This document shows positions 25,358 through 39,883 of a stretch of DNA of 64,000 nucleotides, piece after piece. The first letter of the stretch is position 1. The number at the start of each line of letters is the position of its first letter. The position numbers and the translations under genes were made by a program. This DNA comes from Macrostomum lignano. Its lineage: Eukaryota. The notes beneath the pieces were generated by a model. It was not told the DNA's origin. It made no database searches and was given only the letters and a program-made list of their open reading frames with translations. The stretch spans positions 310,001 through 374,000 of the forward strand of contig NIVC01000041.1 in assembly GCA_002269645.1 (NCBI GenBank). The letters run 5' to 3'.

Positions 25358-25859
25358 TGCTGGTAAAAAAACTTTGATAAGCACGGCGATAAAATCTGCT
25401 TCCAAAAAGAGAGCCAACGCTTTCCTTGAAAACACAGCTGCCCCAGGACTTATTGATTCTAAACAGAGCAGAGGAAGGAAGACGTGTCGATCAATAATTC
25501 ATATCCTACCCCCCCCCCAGTCCCCCAAGAAACCCTGCAGCCAACCGCTGAAAGCAAGTAAGAGGCAACTCCCCCTTGATATCATTGTCATGGAAGCGGT
25601 GGATAACACAACGGAGGCATAATGGATAAACAAAGCAACCAGAATCAAGGATGGAGAAGAGTGTGAACTCAGTCAGTCAGTCAGTCTGGCGAAAGAGTGT
25701 AAAAAAGCTGAATAGTTTTACATCGACTTCCTGCAGACCAGCTTGCCTCATTTCAATCATAAATTTGGGTCTCTGGATAAGCCATTAAAGTTGGCTAATG
25801 TTTGTCGGTGAAAATAATAGATTCTGTTTATTTGTCAATGAAATAGAATGCCTACCACT

Positions 25860-25995
25860 AAGCCTATCACTGATGAAGGAATAGAATGGATTGCTAGTCT
25901 AGCCAACCACTGATGAAGGAATAGAATGGATTGCTAGTCTAGCCAACCACTGATGAAGGAATAGAATGGATTGCTAGTCTAGCCTATCACTGATT
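25860..25995. repeat. 40-bp tandem repeat, about 3 copies (CCACTGATGAAGGAATAGAATGGATTGCTAGTCTAGCCAA)
   Basis: Direct reading. Confidence 0.9.
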
Positions 25996-26409
25996 AAGGA
26001 AAGGAAGGCTTGTCTCGTTATTCTTACAAGCACCGAAAGTTATCTCCTATTTTTAGATGGCTACGTGCACTCAGAAACAATGCAGAAGCCATGTCAATCA
26101 AGAAGCATCTGCGCGAAGTCGAGTACTCTCATGCAGGGCTGCAGAATGAAGAAAGCAGTTGTTGAAGAAGAAAACTTATCCTTGTTTGAATGACTTTTAC
26201 CAGCAAAGAGTAGTGAAAAGGAAAAAGACTTGTCGTACTTGTAAATTGCACTTTTAAGAAAACGCTTTGTAAAAAAACTTCATTTGCAGCATAAACTACT
26301 TATAGTAAAAAATAACATTTTCTAGACTGAGTTGAATCACTGCATAAAATTAACTCATTATTGCTATTCGCAGTATGAGCTATTTTTTCTAAAAATATGA
26401 TAACATTCC

Positions 26410-26760
26410 TACACTACTCCCTCTCCCTCTGCCTCTTCCTCTGCCTCTCCTTCTCCCTCTTCCTCTCCCTCTGCCTCTTCCTCTGCCTCTTCCTCTCCTT
26501 CTCCTCCCTCTCCCTCTACCTCTCCCTCTCCCTCTCCCTCTCCCACTCCCTCTTCCTCTCCTTCTCCCTCTCCCTCTGCCTCTTCCTCTGCCTCTTCCTC
26601 TCCTTCTCCTTCTCCCTCTCCTTCTCCCTCTCCCTCTGCCTCTCCCCTCCTTCTACCACTCTCCTTCCCTCTCTCCCCCTCTATCTAACTCTCCTTCTCC
26701 CATTCTCTCTTCCTTTCTTCTTTCAACTTGTCCCCCTCTTCTTCACTTCTTTCTTCAGCA
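26410..26760. repeat. CT-rich low-complexity tract
   Basis: Direct reading. Confidence 0.9.
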
Positions 26761-27884
26761 GGACTATTAGTGCCCTCTACTGTACCTCAACTGTTCGTTC
26801 CAATGAAAGTTTGCAGCTCTAGGAAAGTAATAAAAACAAAATCCATCGGATTTAAGTGGAACAGCCCACGCAAGCAGCAGCAGCAGCAGCGCTGTTACCA
26901 TGGAAACGTCGTATTTTTGTCCACAATTCTCTCCGTGTTGACCAGTGAGAAGCCGTCTCACTCAGCCCATTGTTTTCCGCCAATCCAGCCTCTCTCACTT
27001 AATCTTCATCAACTGATTTATTCCCAACTCAGTACACATGCAGTGTAGCAATTGCTTTGCAGCTGGGTCAAAGTTATTTACTAGCTCAAAATATCCGATC
27101 TGCCCGCTGGTAACTAAGCAAAAGACAATGCCCGGTTCTCAACTGGTTTCAAGTGAGTGCGAATTCTTTTTTAATGTATTTTACATCAGAAGCGACACAC
27201 GTCATTTAAGAATTAGTAGTGAACAGTTTTACATAGGGCAAATATTCGCGGGAAGGACTGTAGGGCACCCTGAGCACATGAAAGTGTGCCAATACTGTAA
27301 GCAGGCAACGCAATCATGCACACGCTCACATTGGGTGTACAGCGTTCCTGACATGTACACTCTCTGTGCTCTCTGAATCCTCAATAACTTGCAGAGATGC
27401 ATTTCTTTTTTTTCGCGTGACGAATTCAAATTTGAGCCGATTAAATTTTAGAATCGCAACCACTGTTTCTAAGAAACGCGAGGCCCATAAAATTTCTTTC
27501 TCCCCAAACCCCCAGAGCGGTCAACAAAGCCAGCAGCAATTAAGGCAGCTTTTCCCACTGTTTCCCCAGGCCAACCTCCCACGCTTCTCGGCTGCCATCA
27601 GTGGAGCCAGGCCTCATTGAGTACTAACCTCGGGGGGCCAGGGTTCACCTGAGGACAGCCGTGAATTTTTTAGCGCACTGGCCTACCAAAAAATTTCAAT
27701 GCCTCCAAGACTGTCATGTGGCCTGTGTTTTCTGTTGTTCGCCTCTGGCGCGAAGCCACGAACTGAACTATTCTCTTCTAAAAATAGATCTTTTCTGTGA
27801 CAACACTGTCCTTTTCACTTATAGTGACTGATTGTATGAATACTGGAAAAATATTACTGTATTTATCTATTACATTAATTGAAC

Positions 27885-28070
27885 CTTGTTAAAACTTTGC
27901 TTAAAGCTTTGCTCAAAACCCTGCTCAAACCCCTGCTCTAAGTCTGCTCAAAGCTTGCTCAAACCCTGCTCAAACCCTGTTCAAATCTTGCTTAAACCCC
28001 TGCTCAAACCCTGCTCAAACCTTGCTCAAACCTTGCTCAAACACTTGCTCAAAGCTTTTCAAAGTTTGCT
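27885..28070. repeat. Degenerate 11-bp repeat CAAACCCTGCT
   Basis: Tandem units upstream of PAN paralog B. Confidence 0.8.
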
Positions 28071-28219
28071 CCAGAGATAGCTTCCAATCCAAGCGTTTCC
28101 AGAGGTCTCTGGTCACCCATCAAGATTTCCCAATAAACAATCAAATGTTTTAAGCAATTTCAAAAATCAGAAAATGTATTGAAAGCTCGTATATATAATC
28201 TTTTTTTCAACCAATTTCA

Positions 28220-29766
28220 ATGGTTCTCTCAGGCACGTCGCTGTTGATTGTCTTTGCTGCCGCTGCCGCCTCGGCCGTGTCGGTCACTTTCGTCCAGGAC
28301 GCCTCCTGCCCGCCGTCGACCGCAGCCGCCGGTCGATCCGTGGTCGGCCTGCGCCACCGTCGGAGCTGCGCTGTCGAGTGCGCCATCAGCCCCGACTGTG
28401 CCGTCTTCCACGTCAACGCCAGCTCCGACTGCCGCCTGGGCAGCCTGGCCGACCTCGCCGCCGCCTGGCAGCCGGGCGACTGTCGGAGCGACGTTCGCCG
28501 ACCGACGCTGCCGCCGACCTTGGCCAGCCGGCTCCTTGGATTCTACTGCTTCCGAGTTGGCTACGAGAACCTGATCCGGGCTGTCAGCAACAACAGCCTG
28601 GGCGACGCCAAGCCGCGCGGCGCGGTGTCCCGAAATAAAGACGGCGTCAGCTTCAGCGGAGCGCTAGCCGATTTCTTAGAAATTCCTATCGGACACGACG
28701 GGGGCGGCAGCGGCAGCGGCAGCGGCGGACTTCGACAGCTGCTTGGACCGGCTGGGGAGGTCACCTTCTACGCTAAGGTTGGTGGCTGGCTTCCTGGGAT
28801 CCGAGGGTGAGAATAGAGAGACCTAATGGTGAAAATGAAGGATTTAAGGATGAGAATAGAGAGATTAAGGATGAGAATAGAGAGATTAATGATGAGAATG
28901 GAGAGATTAAGGATGAGAATAGAGAGATTAAGGATGAGAATAGAGAGATTAAGGATGAGAATAGAGAGATTAAGGATGAGAATAGAGAGATTAAGGATGA
29001 GAATAGAGAGATTAAGGATGAGAATAGAGAGATTAAGGATGAGAATAGAGAGATTAAGGATGAGAATAGAGAGATTAAGGATGAGAATAGAGAGATTAAG
29101 GATGAGAATAGAGAGATTAAGGATGAGAATAGAGAGATTAAGGATGAGAATAGAGAGATTAAGGATGAGAATAGAGAGATTAAGGATGAGAATAGAGAGA
29201 TTAAGGATGAGAATAGAGGCATTGATGGTAATACTAGAGAATTAATGAATAAGAAGGTATATTTTTAGAGTAGGAAGTCGAGGATTCGAACCCCAAACCA
29301 CCGCCACCCTGTCCAGGTGTCCCGCCGGTTCAGCTACGAGAGCCCGGCCTTTCACAGCTTCTACAACCGGAGCACCGCCGGCTCCGCCTCGGCGGCCGTC
29401 CAGCCGACCGGCTACTGGCGCGACGCCATGGCGCGGCCGACGCTGCTGCACCGCGCCCTGGCGCCGACCGAGTTCGCCGCGTCCAGCCAGGTGTACCCGA
29501 CCAGCAGCGGCGCGCAGACGGTCTTCAGCGCCGGCGTCGTCATGACTGTCAACGAAGCAGCGACGGCTTCAGTGCGGAACTACTTCAACGGCAGCTTCGT
29601 CGACACCCCGGTGTCGGCGTCGGCGAACACCGGCGACGTCGGAGACGGCGGCCTGCGACTCGGCTTCGATGTGTATTATCCGTTCAGGGGCAGCTTTGTC
29701 GCCTACGGGCTGGCCGCTGCCAACCTCAGCCTCGCCGAGCTGCGGCTGCTCGACTCGCTGTGCTGA
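28220..29766 (+). CDS. Secreted PAN/apple plus LamG/pentraxin-like protein, paralog B, about 335 aa; exons 28220-28777, 29317-29766
   Basis: Signal peptide; RRSCAVECAISPDC PAN motif; C-terminus ANLSLAELRLLDSLC clearly homologous to paralog A. Phase-0 intron AAG|GTTGGT...TCCAG|GTG. Confidence 0.78.
28806..29220. repeat. 21-bp minisatellite GAGAATAGAGAGATTAAGGAT in the intron of PAN paralog B
   Basis: Highly homogeneous tandem units. Confidence 0.97.
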
Positions 29767-29769
29767 CGC

Positions 29770-30690
29770 TGTCACTCTCCATCTTTGTCACTCTCGGTCT
29801 TTGTCACTCTCCATCTTTGTCACTCTCAATCTTTGTCAATCTCGATCTTTGTCACTCTCCATCTTTGTCACTCTCCATCTTTGTCACTCTCCATCTTTGT
29901 CACTCTCGGTCTTTGTCACTCTCCATCTTTGTCACTCTCAATCTTTGTCAATCTCGATCTTTGTCACTCTCCATCTTTGTCACTCTCCATCTTTGTCACT
30001 CTCCATCTTTGTCACTCTCCATCTTTGTCACTCTCCATCTTTGTCACTCTCCATCTTTGTCACTCTCCATCTTTGTCACTCTCGGTCTTTGTCGCTCGCC
30101 ATCTTTGTCACTCTCCATCTTTGTCACTCTCAATCTTTGTCAATCTCGATCTTTGTCACTCTCCATCTTTGTCACTCTCCATCTTTGTCACTCTCCATCT
30201 TTGTCACTCTCCATCTTTGTCACTCTCCATCTTTGTCACTCTCCATCTTTGTCACTCTCGGTCTTTGTCGCTCGCCATCTTTGTCACTCTCCATCTTTGT
30301 CACTCTCAATCTTTGTCAATCTCGATCTTTGTCACTCTCCATCTTTGTCACTCTCCATCTTTGTCACTCTCCATCTTTGTCACTCTCCATCTTTGTCACT
30401 CTCGGTCTTTGTCGCTCGCCATCTTTGTCACTCTCGGTCTTTGTCACTCTCCATCTTTGTCACTCTCCATCTTTGTCACTCTCCATCTTTGTCACTCTCC
30501 ATCTTTGTCACTCTCGGTCTTTGTCGCTCGCCATCTTTGTCACTCTCGGTCTTTGTCGCTCGCCATCTTTGTCACTCTCGGTCTTTGTCACTCTCGATCT
30601 TTGTCACTCTCGATCTTTGTCACTCTCAGTCTTTGTCACTCTCCATCTTTGTCGCTCTCGGTCTTTGTGGATCTCTTAGTCGCTGTAGTT
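29770..30690. repeat. 16-bp minisatellite CTTTGTCACTCTCCAT starting right after the paralog B stop codon
   Basis: Tandem units. Confidence 0.95.
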
Positions 30691-30734
30691 GTCACTCTCA
30701 TTGACGCTATCGTTGTCATCATATCTGTCACTCA

Positions 30735-31562
30735 GTTTGTCACTCTGCTTACCCAATTTCATCGATTATTGTCACTCTGCTTACTTAATTTCATCTATTA
30801 TTGTCACTCTGCTTACTTAATTTCATCCATTATTGTCACTCTGCTTACTTAATTTCATCCATTATTGTCACTCTGCTTACTTAATTTCATTCATTATTGT
30901 CACTCTGCTTACTTAATTTCATCCGTTACTGTCACTCTGCTTACTTAATTTCATCCGTTACTGTCACTCTGCTTACTTAATTTCATCCGTTACTGTCACT
31001 CTGCTTACTTAATTTCATCCATTATTGTCACTCTGCTTACTTAATTTGATCCATTATTGTCACTCTGCTTAACTTAATTTCATCCATTATTGTCACTCTG
31101 CTTACTTAATTTCATCTATTATTGTCACTCTGCTTACTTAATTTCATCCATTATTGTCACTCTGCTTACTTAATTTCATCCGTTACTGTCTCTCTGCTTA
31201 CTTAATTTCATCCGTTACTGTCACTCTGCTTACTTAATTTCATCCGTTACTGTCACTCTGCTTACTTAATTTCATCCATTATTGTCACTCTGCTTACTTA
31301 ATTTGATCCATTATTGTCACTCTGCTTAACTTAATTTCATCCATTATTGTCACTCTGCTTACTTAATTTCATCCATTATTGTCACTCTGCTTACTCAATT
31401 TTATCCATTATTGTCACTCTGCTTACCCGACTTCATCCATTATGTAGCTATCAGACTCTGCTTACACTCTGCTTACTTAATTTCATCCATTATTGTCACT
31501 CTGCTTACTCAATTTTATCCATTATTGTCACTATGCTTACTTAATTTCATCCATTATTGTCA
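30735..31562. repeat. 32-bp minisatellite TTATTGTCACTCTGCTTACTTAATTTCATCCA
   Basis: Tandem units. Confidence 0.95.
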
Positions 31563-31944
31563 CTACAGGTTGCTTAACTGCCTTGTAAGATTTTTCTACT
31601 TTAATAGTTTCTTTCTCATATACTGTAGTTGTAGCTGCTATACGCTACTTTGACTACTTACAGTAACCCAAATAGAACTTACCCTGGTATCAGGTTTTTA
31701 TGCAGTCTTGAAATTTCGTTGGAAGACATTTTTTAAATAATTACGTGTTCCTATAAGTCTCCGCAGATTTCTGTTTAAAACATTTTCTTTATTTCAAATT
31801 TGCTTGTTTGTAATAATTTTTGCGACTTTCTAATCTGTATTTTATATAGTAGCCAGTAGTATGACGTGCCTTTGTCTGATCTTTTCGCCGTATCTTTATT
31901 TCAATAATTCAATAAAATAATGCAGGAGTTTTATGAGAAAAAGT

Positions 31945-33582
31945 TGCATGAGAACAGTCTGATGACTACATGAGAACAGTCTGATAGCTACATGAGAGCA
32001 GTCCGATAGCTACATGAGAACAGTCTGATAGCTACATGAGAACAGTCTGAAAGCTACATGAGAACAGTCTGATAGCTACATGAGAACAGTCTGATAGCTA
32101 CATGAGAACAGTCTGATAGCTACATGAGAACAGTCTGATAGCTACATGAGAACAGTCTGATAGCTACATGAGAACAGTCTGATAGCTACATGAGAACAGT
32201 CTGATAGCTACATAAGAACAGTCTGATAGCTACATGAGAACAGTCTGATAGCTACATGAGAACAGTCTGATAGCTACATGAGAACAGTCTGATGACTGCA
32301 TGAGAACAGTCTGATGACTACATGAGAACAATCCGATAGCTACATGAGAACAGTCTGATAGCTACATGAGAACAGTCTGATAGCTACATGAGAACAGTCT
32401 GATAGCTACATGAGAACAGTCTGATAGCTACATGAGAACAGTCCGATAGCTACATGAGAACAGTCCGATAGCTACATGAGAACAGTCCGATAGCTACATG
32501 AGAACAGTCCGATAGCTACATGAGAACAGTCCGATAGCTACATGAGAACAGTCCGATAGCTACATGAGAACAGTCTGATGACTGCATGAGAACAGTCTGA
32601 TGACTACATGAGAACAATCCGATAGCTACATGAGAACAGTCTGATAGCTACATGAGAACAGTCTGATAGCTACATGAGAACAGTCTGATAGCTACATGAG
32701 AACAGTCTGATAGCTACATGAGAACAGTCCGATAGCTACATGAGAACAGTCCGATAGCTACATGAGAACAGTCCGATAGCTACATGAGAACAGTCCGATA
32801 GCTACATGAGAACAGTCCGATAGCTACATGAGAACAGTCCGATAGCTACATGAGAACAGTCTGATAGCTACATGAGAACAGTCTGATAGCTAGATGAGAA
32901 CAGTCTGATAGCTACATGAGAACAGTCTGATGACTGCATGAGAACAGTCTGATGACTACATGAGAACAGTCCGATAGCTACATGAGAACAGTCCGATAGC
33001 TACATGAGAACAGTCTGATTGCTACATGAGAACAGTCTGATGACTGCATGAGAACAGTCTGATGACTACATGAGAACAGTCTGATAGCTACGTGAGAACA
33101 GTCTGATAGCTGCATGAGAACAGTCTGATAGCTGCATGAGAACAGTCTGATAGCTGCATGAGAACAGTCTGATAGCTACATGAGAACAGTCTGATAGCTA
33201 CATGAGAACAGTCTGATATTGTAGCTACATGAGAACAGTCTGATAGCTACATGAGAGCAGTCTGAAAGCTACATGAGAACAGTCTGATAGCTAGATGAGA
33301 ACAGTCTGATAGCTACATGAGAACAGTCTGATAGCTACATGAGAACAGTCTGATAGCTACATGAGAACAGTCTGATAGCTACATGAGAACAGTCTGATAG
33401 CTACATGAGAACAGTCTGATTGCTACATGAGAACAGTCTGATAGCTACATGAGAACAGTCTGATAGCTACATAAGAACAGTCTGATAGCTACATGAGAAC
33501 AGTCTGATAGCTACATGAGAACAGTCTGATTGCTACATGAGAACAGTCTGATAGCTACATAAGAACAGTCTGATTGCTACAT
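31945..33582. repeat. 22-bp minisatellite GCTACATGAGAACAGTCTGATA
   Basis: Tandem units. Confidence 0.97.
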
Positions 33583-33991
33583 AGGATTAGTCCGACACCA
33601 AAATCAGTTTCTCCCAGGTTTCAAAAGAATGTCAAAGTTGATACCGCAATGCGCAAATGTCAACAGAAAGAACTGAGTGCTGAACACGCAACATGGTTAA
33701 TTGCTAGAATGAGCGAGAGGAATGGAGAACGGCTGGCAGAGAGAAATAAAGGGCGAGGATTCCGCTGAGCCGATAAATTGCGTTTGACCAAATTCAAGCG
33801 CTCGTGACCAGTCCCTTCCGTAATCGTCAGTTTAGGCGAGGAAATCTGTGTCTCATTTCAGCAGCTGAATTTGCTGAGCTGCGGCAACTCCGCCTTCTTG
33901 CTAAATTGTGTCCGATTTTGAGCTCAGCGCTACCCCCCTCAGAAATTGAGTTGCCTGTCAGATCTCTGCGAGAACTGAGTTATCAGTACTG

Positions 33992-34980
<989 letters not shown>

Positions 34981-35324
34981 CCAGTTGCCAGTTACCTCAT
35001 CGCTCGCTACCCAGTTCCTATCAAATATTTGCAGGTGCTGGTGCAGATTTTTTGCATTCCTTTCAGGCTCTCGGTTTCAAAAAGCTCTCACAGGGAGACA
35101 ACGCAGTGGCGCCACACCTGCGAATCCCTGGTTAAGCCGAGAGAAAAATGTTGAAATCAACGCTTCCTTTACTGCCTCAGAGCCGTTTTTCAAGCGGCTC
35201 GGATTTCCCTCTCTGCAAGTATTTTTTGCTTTCGAGCCCTCCCACACACTTTCTCAGCGGCATCGGCACATTTTTTACTGGATATTGTTTGCTCTGTGAC
35301 AATGGAATGACACGCCTGTATATC

Positions 35325-36125
35325 TCCCACACTAATACACAAATCTATCCCACACTAATACACAAATCTATCCCACACTAATACACAAATCTATCCCACA
35401 CTAATACACAAATATACCCCACACTAATACACAAATATATCCCACACTAATACACAAATATATCCCACATTAATACACAAATCTATCCCACACTAATACA
35501 CAAATCTATCCCACACTAATACACAAATATACCCCACACTAATACACAAATATATCCCACACTAATACACAAATCTATCCCACACTAATACACAAATCTA
35601 TCCCACACTAATACACAAATCTATCCCACACTAATACACAAATCTATCCCACACTAATACACAAATCTATCCCACACTAATACACAAATCTATCCCACAC
35701 TAATACACAAATCTATCCCACACTAATACACAAATCTATCCCACACTAATACACAAATATACCCCACACTAATACACAAATCTATCCCACACTAATACAC
35801 AAATCTATCCCACACTAATACACAAATCTATCCCACACTAATACACAAATCTATCCCACACTAATACACAAATATATCCCACACTAATACACAAATCTAT
35901 CCCACACTAATACACAAATCTATCCCACACTAATACACAAATCTATCCCACACTAATACACAAATCTATCCCACACTAATACACAAATATATCCCACACT
36001 AATACACAAATATATCCCACACTAATACACAAATATATCCCACACTAATACACAAATATACCCCTCACTAATACACAAATATACCCCTCACTAATACACA
36101 AACATACCCCTCACTAATACACAAA
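35325..36125. repeat. 23-bp minisatellite ATCCCACACTAATACACAAATCT
   Basis: Tandem units. Confidence 0.97.
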
Positions 36126-36789
36126 TATAGCAATTATTCTGCATAAATCATCCTTAGCGGAGCGCAGCACTTGAATCTGTCTTATTCCCATTATCATAGT
36201 CTCGATTTCGCGCACGCAGCCATCAAATTAGCTGAAAATGGCTCAGTCTCAAGCCGGCAACACATGTCTGTCTGCACTTCTGCCTTCGCCGCTTGAGTCG
36301 CTCACACAAGACCCCCCGGTCCGCATACCAATGATATCCAACGCTTGAAGTTTTGCTAGAAGTTTTGCTTTGCGTTCAAGTCCCCTCGGGGCTTACTCAG
36401 ATTGATGTCGCCAGGAGGAGCCTGGCTGCTACGGTACACTGGGGGGATGCAAATTCTCGCCGGCCCTGCAAACTTTCCCAGATACAGTAGCGAGCGGGAT
36501 TTGAAAGACAAGAAATCAATCGATAGTGCTTTTTTAATCACTGATGCTAGCTAGTATCGATCTGATTGACAGTCGATAGCATCAAATAGGGTTTGCGCAT
36601 AGACTCTTCGAATTGCTCAACCCTTCGGACCCTTGAGGCAGGGTTGTCACATCGGGTTACAGCTGTCCAGTTTATTTGGCTATTTTTGTGCGAGCTGAAA
36701 TTTAAATTTAAATTGCAGAAAATGTGAGTTTGCTGACTCAACAGATATTTGCGTCTGTTCTGCTCAGTACCTCTAATTTCTCACACTAT

Positions 36790-37232
36790 TTCTCATCGCA
36801 TTTCTCACGCGATATTTCTTAACATCCATCATTTCTCACAGTATTTCTCATCGTCTCTGATTTCATTTCTCATCGTGTCTGATTTCATTTCTCATCGTGT
36901 CTGACTTCATTTCTCATCGTGTCTGACTTCATTTCTCATCGTGTCTGACTTCATTTCTCATCGTGTCTGATTTCATTTTACATCGTGTCTGATTTCATTT
37001 CTCATCGTGTCTGATTTCATTTCTCATCGTGTCTGATTTCATTTCTCATCGTGTCTGATTTCATTTCTCATCGTGTCTGATTTCATTTCTCATCGTGTCT
37101 GATTTCATTTCTCATCGTTTCTGATTTCATTTCTCATCGTGTCTGATTTCATTTCTCATCGTGTCTGATTTCATTTCTCATCGTTTTTTATTTCATTTCT
37201 CATCGTTTCTGACTTCATTTCTCATCGTCTCT
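36790..37232. repeat. 22-bp minisatellite TTTCTCATCGTGTCTGATTTCA
   Basis: Tandem units. Confidence 0.95.
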
Positions 37233-37619
37233 CATCGAATTCCAGAGAGCAGGGAGTTCGGGCAGGCCATCCGTCTGCTTCACAATGCTATACAGTTTAT
37301 TTAAACTTTACTATTTCCCAGATACCAACACAGTTTGAGCTGATCTGAGGTTCCGTTCAAGCCCATCACGCAATCCTGTGATGACCGCCCGTACCACGGG
37401 AATCACCAGAGCCATGGAATTAAATGCTCTTAGTATTCGAAATCGTTTTTATGCTCGACCTGTTAGACCCCATCGCAGTAGTCTGAGCCCTGCTCACGCG
37501 CTGCTTCCCTAACGGATAGATTTAAGTGCTCCATATCCAACTGAACTTCATGCTGGATGCTGGAGTATTGAAATAACTCATTTTTCTTAAAATAGAAAAC
37601 CTTAGAATGAAGGATCTTA

Positions 37620-38165
37620 GCGACACTCCGAAAAATACCCCCCCCGAAATATCTTTGCGACACTCTGAAATTCTTCGTGAAGTATTTCAGCAATTTCCCC
37701 AAAATACCCCATGAAGGGTAACCGCAAATTCCTCACAATGGCCTACGAAGAATCTCAGAAAACTCCCCAAAAAACCATGAAGAGTAAAAGCAAATTCTCC
37801 AAAATGCCCCATGAAGGATCTCAGAAACTTCCTCAAAATACCCCATGAAGGATCTCAGAAGTTTCCCTAAAATACCCCATGAATGATCTCAGAAACTTCC
37901 CCAAAATACCCCATGAAGGATCTCAGAAACTTCCTCAAAATACCACATGAAGGATCTCAGAAAATTTCACAAAATACCCCATGAAGAATTTCAGCAAATT
38001 CCAAAAATACCCCATGAATGATCTCAGTAAATTTCACAAAATACCCCATGAAAGATCTCAGCAAAATTCCCCAAAATACCCCGTGAAGGATCTCAGCAAA
38101 TTCACCAAAATACCCCATGAAGGATCTCAGCAAATTCCAGAAAGTTCCCCACGAAGGATGTCACC
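37620..38165. repeat. Degenerate 32-34 bp minisatellite (AAAATACCCCATGAAGGATCTCAG...)
   Basis: Diverged tandem units. Confidence 0.85.
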
Positions 38166-39061
38166 CTACTCTAACTGCCTCATTTTCAAAAGACAAAGTT
38201 CCAACAAGCAAAAGACCCTAACAGGGCTACAAGTACACATAACTAAAGTTCCACAGCCCGAGAAAAAGGATCAGCCTGAAGTCGGCAGACCGATCGCAGT
38301 TCGGATCAGTCATTTGCTTTATAGCTCTGCTCTGCCCCCCATTCTAGAGTGATGCTCGGGGATCTCCAACCCGCCCCCCAGCTTGCCCTTATAATTGAAC
38401 ACGATGGAGCAGGCACTCTGGCTCAATCAATGACCCGCAGCAGCTGCCCTCCGTTCTCATCCTCCTTGGTGCATCTGAAATATCAGCAGCAACAATTTGA
38501 TCAGAATGCGTTTGTATTTCTTTGCCCAGCCGAATTTGTGCTAATTATTGGATACGCACAAATTGACGTGGGTTTTTGCAGAGTATTTCTGAACAAGTCT
38601 ACAAAGCAGCTTAGTAATAGAGAAAGCGGAGCCAAATTCAGACAGAGAATATAATTAGTATTTTACAGCAGGACATTAAAGAAAGTTTAAATAATAGTGG
38701 CTTTATTTACTCTGCCAAAATGGGGAAGTAAGTCTTATAACATTGCAAAAGAAATGCAATTTCTGCTACTAGCAGATGCACACAGAAAAACTGAGAACCC
38801 CCGGCTTCGAACAACTTCAGGGCGCGGTGTGGCTTAAAAAATTTAGAGGGGGGGGGGGGGGGAAACGACAAGGGAGCAAAACTCGGGGGGTCCAACAACA
38901 CGCTAACAAGCGCGGCTTTTGATGGGGGGAGGAAGTATCCCCTAGGGGGGCAGTGGGCAAAAGGGAAGCCGAGCCGAGTGGAATCGAACTGCCGTTTCTC
39001 TAGCAAATTGGACCAAAAGTTCCCGCAGATGTTCGACTCTCGCTTCCGCCAGGCCAACTGG

Positions 39062-39868
39062 TGTCCACCCGCTCTTAGACAGGTCATGTCATGTCCACCC
39101 GCTCTTAGACAGGTCATGTCCACCCGCTCTTAGACAGCTCATGTCCACCCGCTCTTAGACAGCTCATGTCCACCCGCTCTTAGACAGGTCATGTCATGTC
39201 CACCCGCTCTTAGACAGCTCATGTCCACCCGCTCTTAGACAGGTCATGTCATGTCCACCCGCTCTTAGACAGGTCATGTCATGTCCACCCGCTCTTAGAC
39301 AGGTCATGTCCACCCGCTCTTAGACAGCTCATGTCCACCCGCTCTTAGACAGCTCATGTCCACCCGCTCTTAGACAGGTCATGTCATGTCCACCCGCTCT
39401 TAGACAGGTCATGTCCACCCGCTCTTAGACAGGTCATGTCATGTCCACCCGCTCTTAGACAGGTCATGTCATGTCCACCCGCTCTTAGACAGGTCATGTC
39501 CACCCGCTCTTAGACAGGTCATGTCCACCCGCTCTTAGACAGTTCATGTCCACCCGCTCTTAGACAGGTCATGTTGAGTCCACCCGCTCTTAGACAGGTC
39601 ATGTCCACCCGCTCTTAGACAGGTCATGTCCACCCGCTCTTAGACAGTTCATGTCCACCCGCTCTTAGACAGGTCATGTTGAGTCCACCCGCTCTTAGAC
39701 AGGTCATGTCCACCCGCTCTTAGACAGGTCATGTCCACCCGCTCTTAGACAGTTCATGTCCACCCGCTCTTAGACAGGTCATGTTGAGTCCACCCGCTCT
39801 TAGACAGGTCATGTTGAGTCCACCCGCTCTTAGATAGGTCATGTTGAGTCCACCCGCTCTTAGACAGG
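39062..39868. repeat. 25-31 bp minisatellite CATGTCCACCCGCTCTTAGACAGGT just downstream of the LRR gene stop
   Basis: Tandem units. Confidence 0.97.
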
Positions 39869-39883
39869 TCGCGCTGGCGACTG

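Noticed and set aside
24953-25435. Longer N-terminus MFSRKALALF... for PAN paralog A
   Set aside because: A strong acceptor lies 2 nt before the ATG at 25357, which gives a clean signal peptide and a length matching paralog B.
26055-26170. Possible exon WLRALRNNAE... (PH-domain-like helix) after TTTTTAG
   Set aside because: Short, quickly stopped, and no consistent partner exons.
29281-29350. tRNA T-loop-like GGTTCGAATCC on the minus strand
   Set aside because: No cloverleaf; the would-be body overlaps a coding exon.
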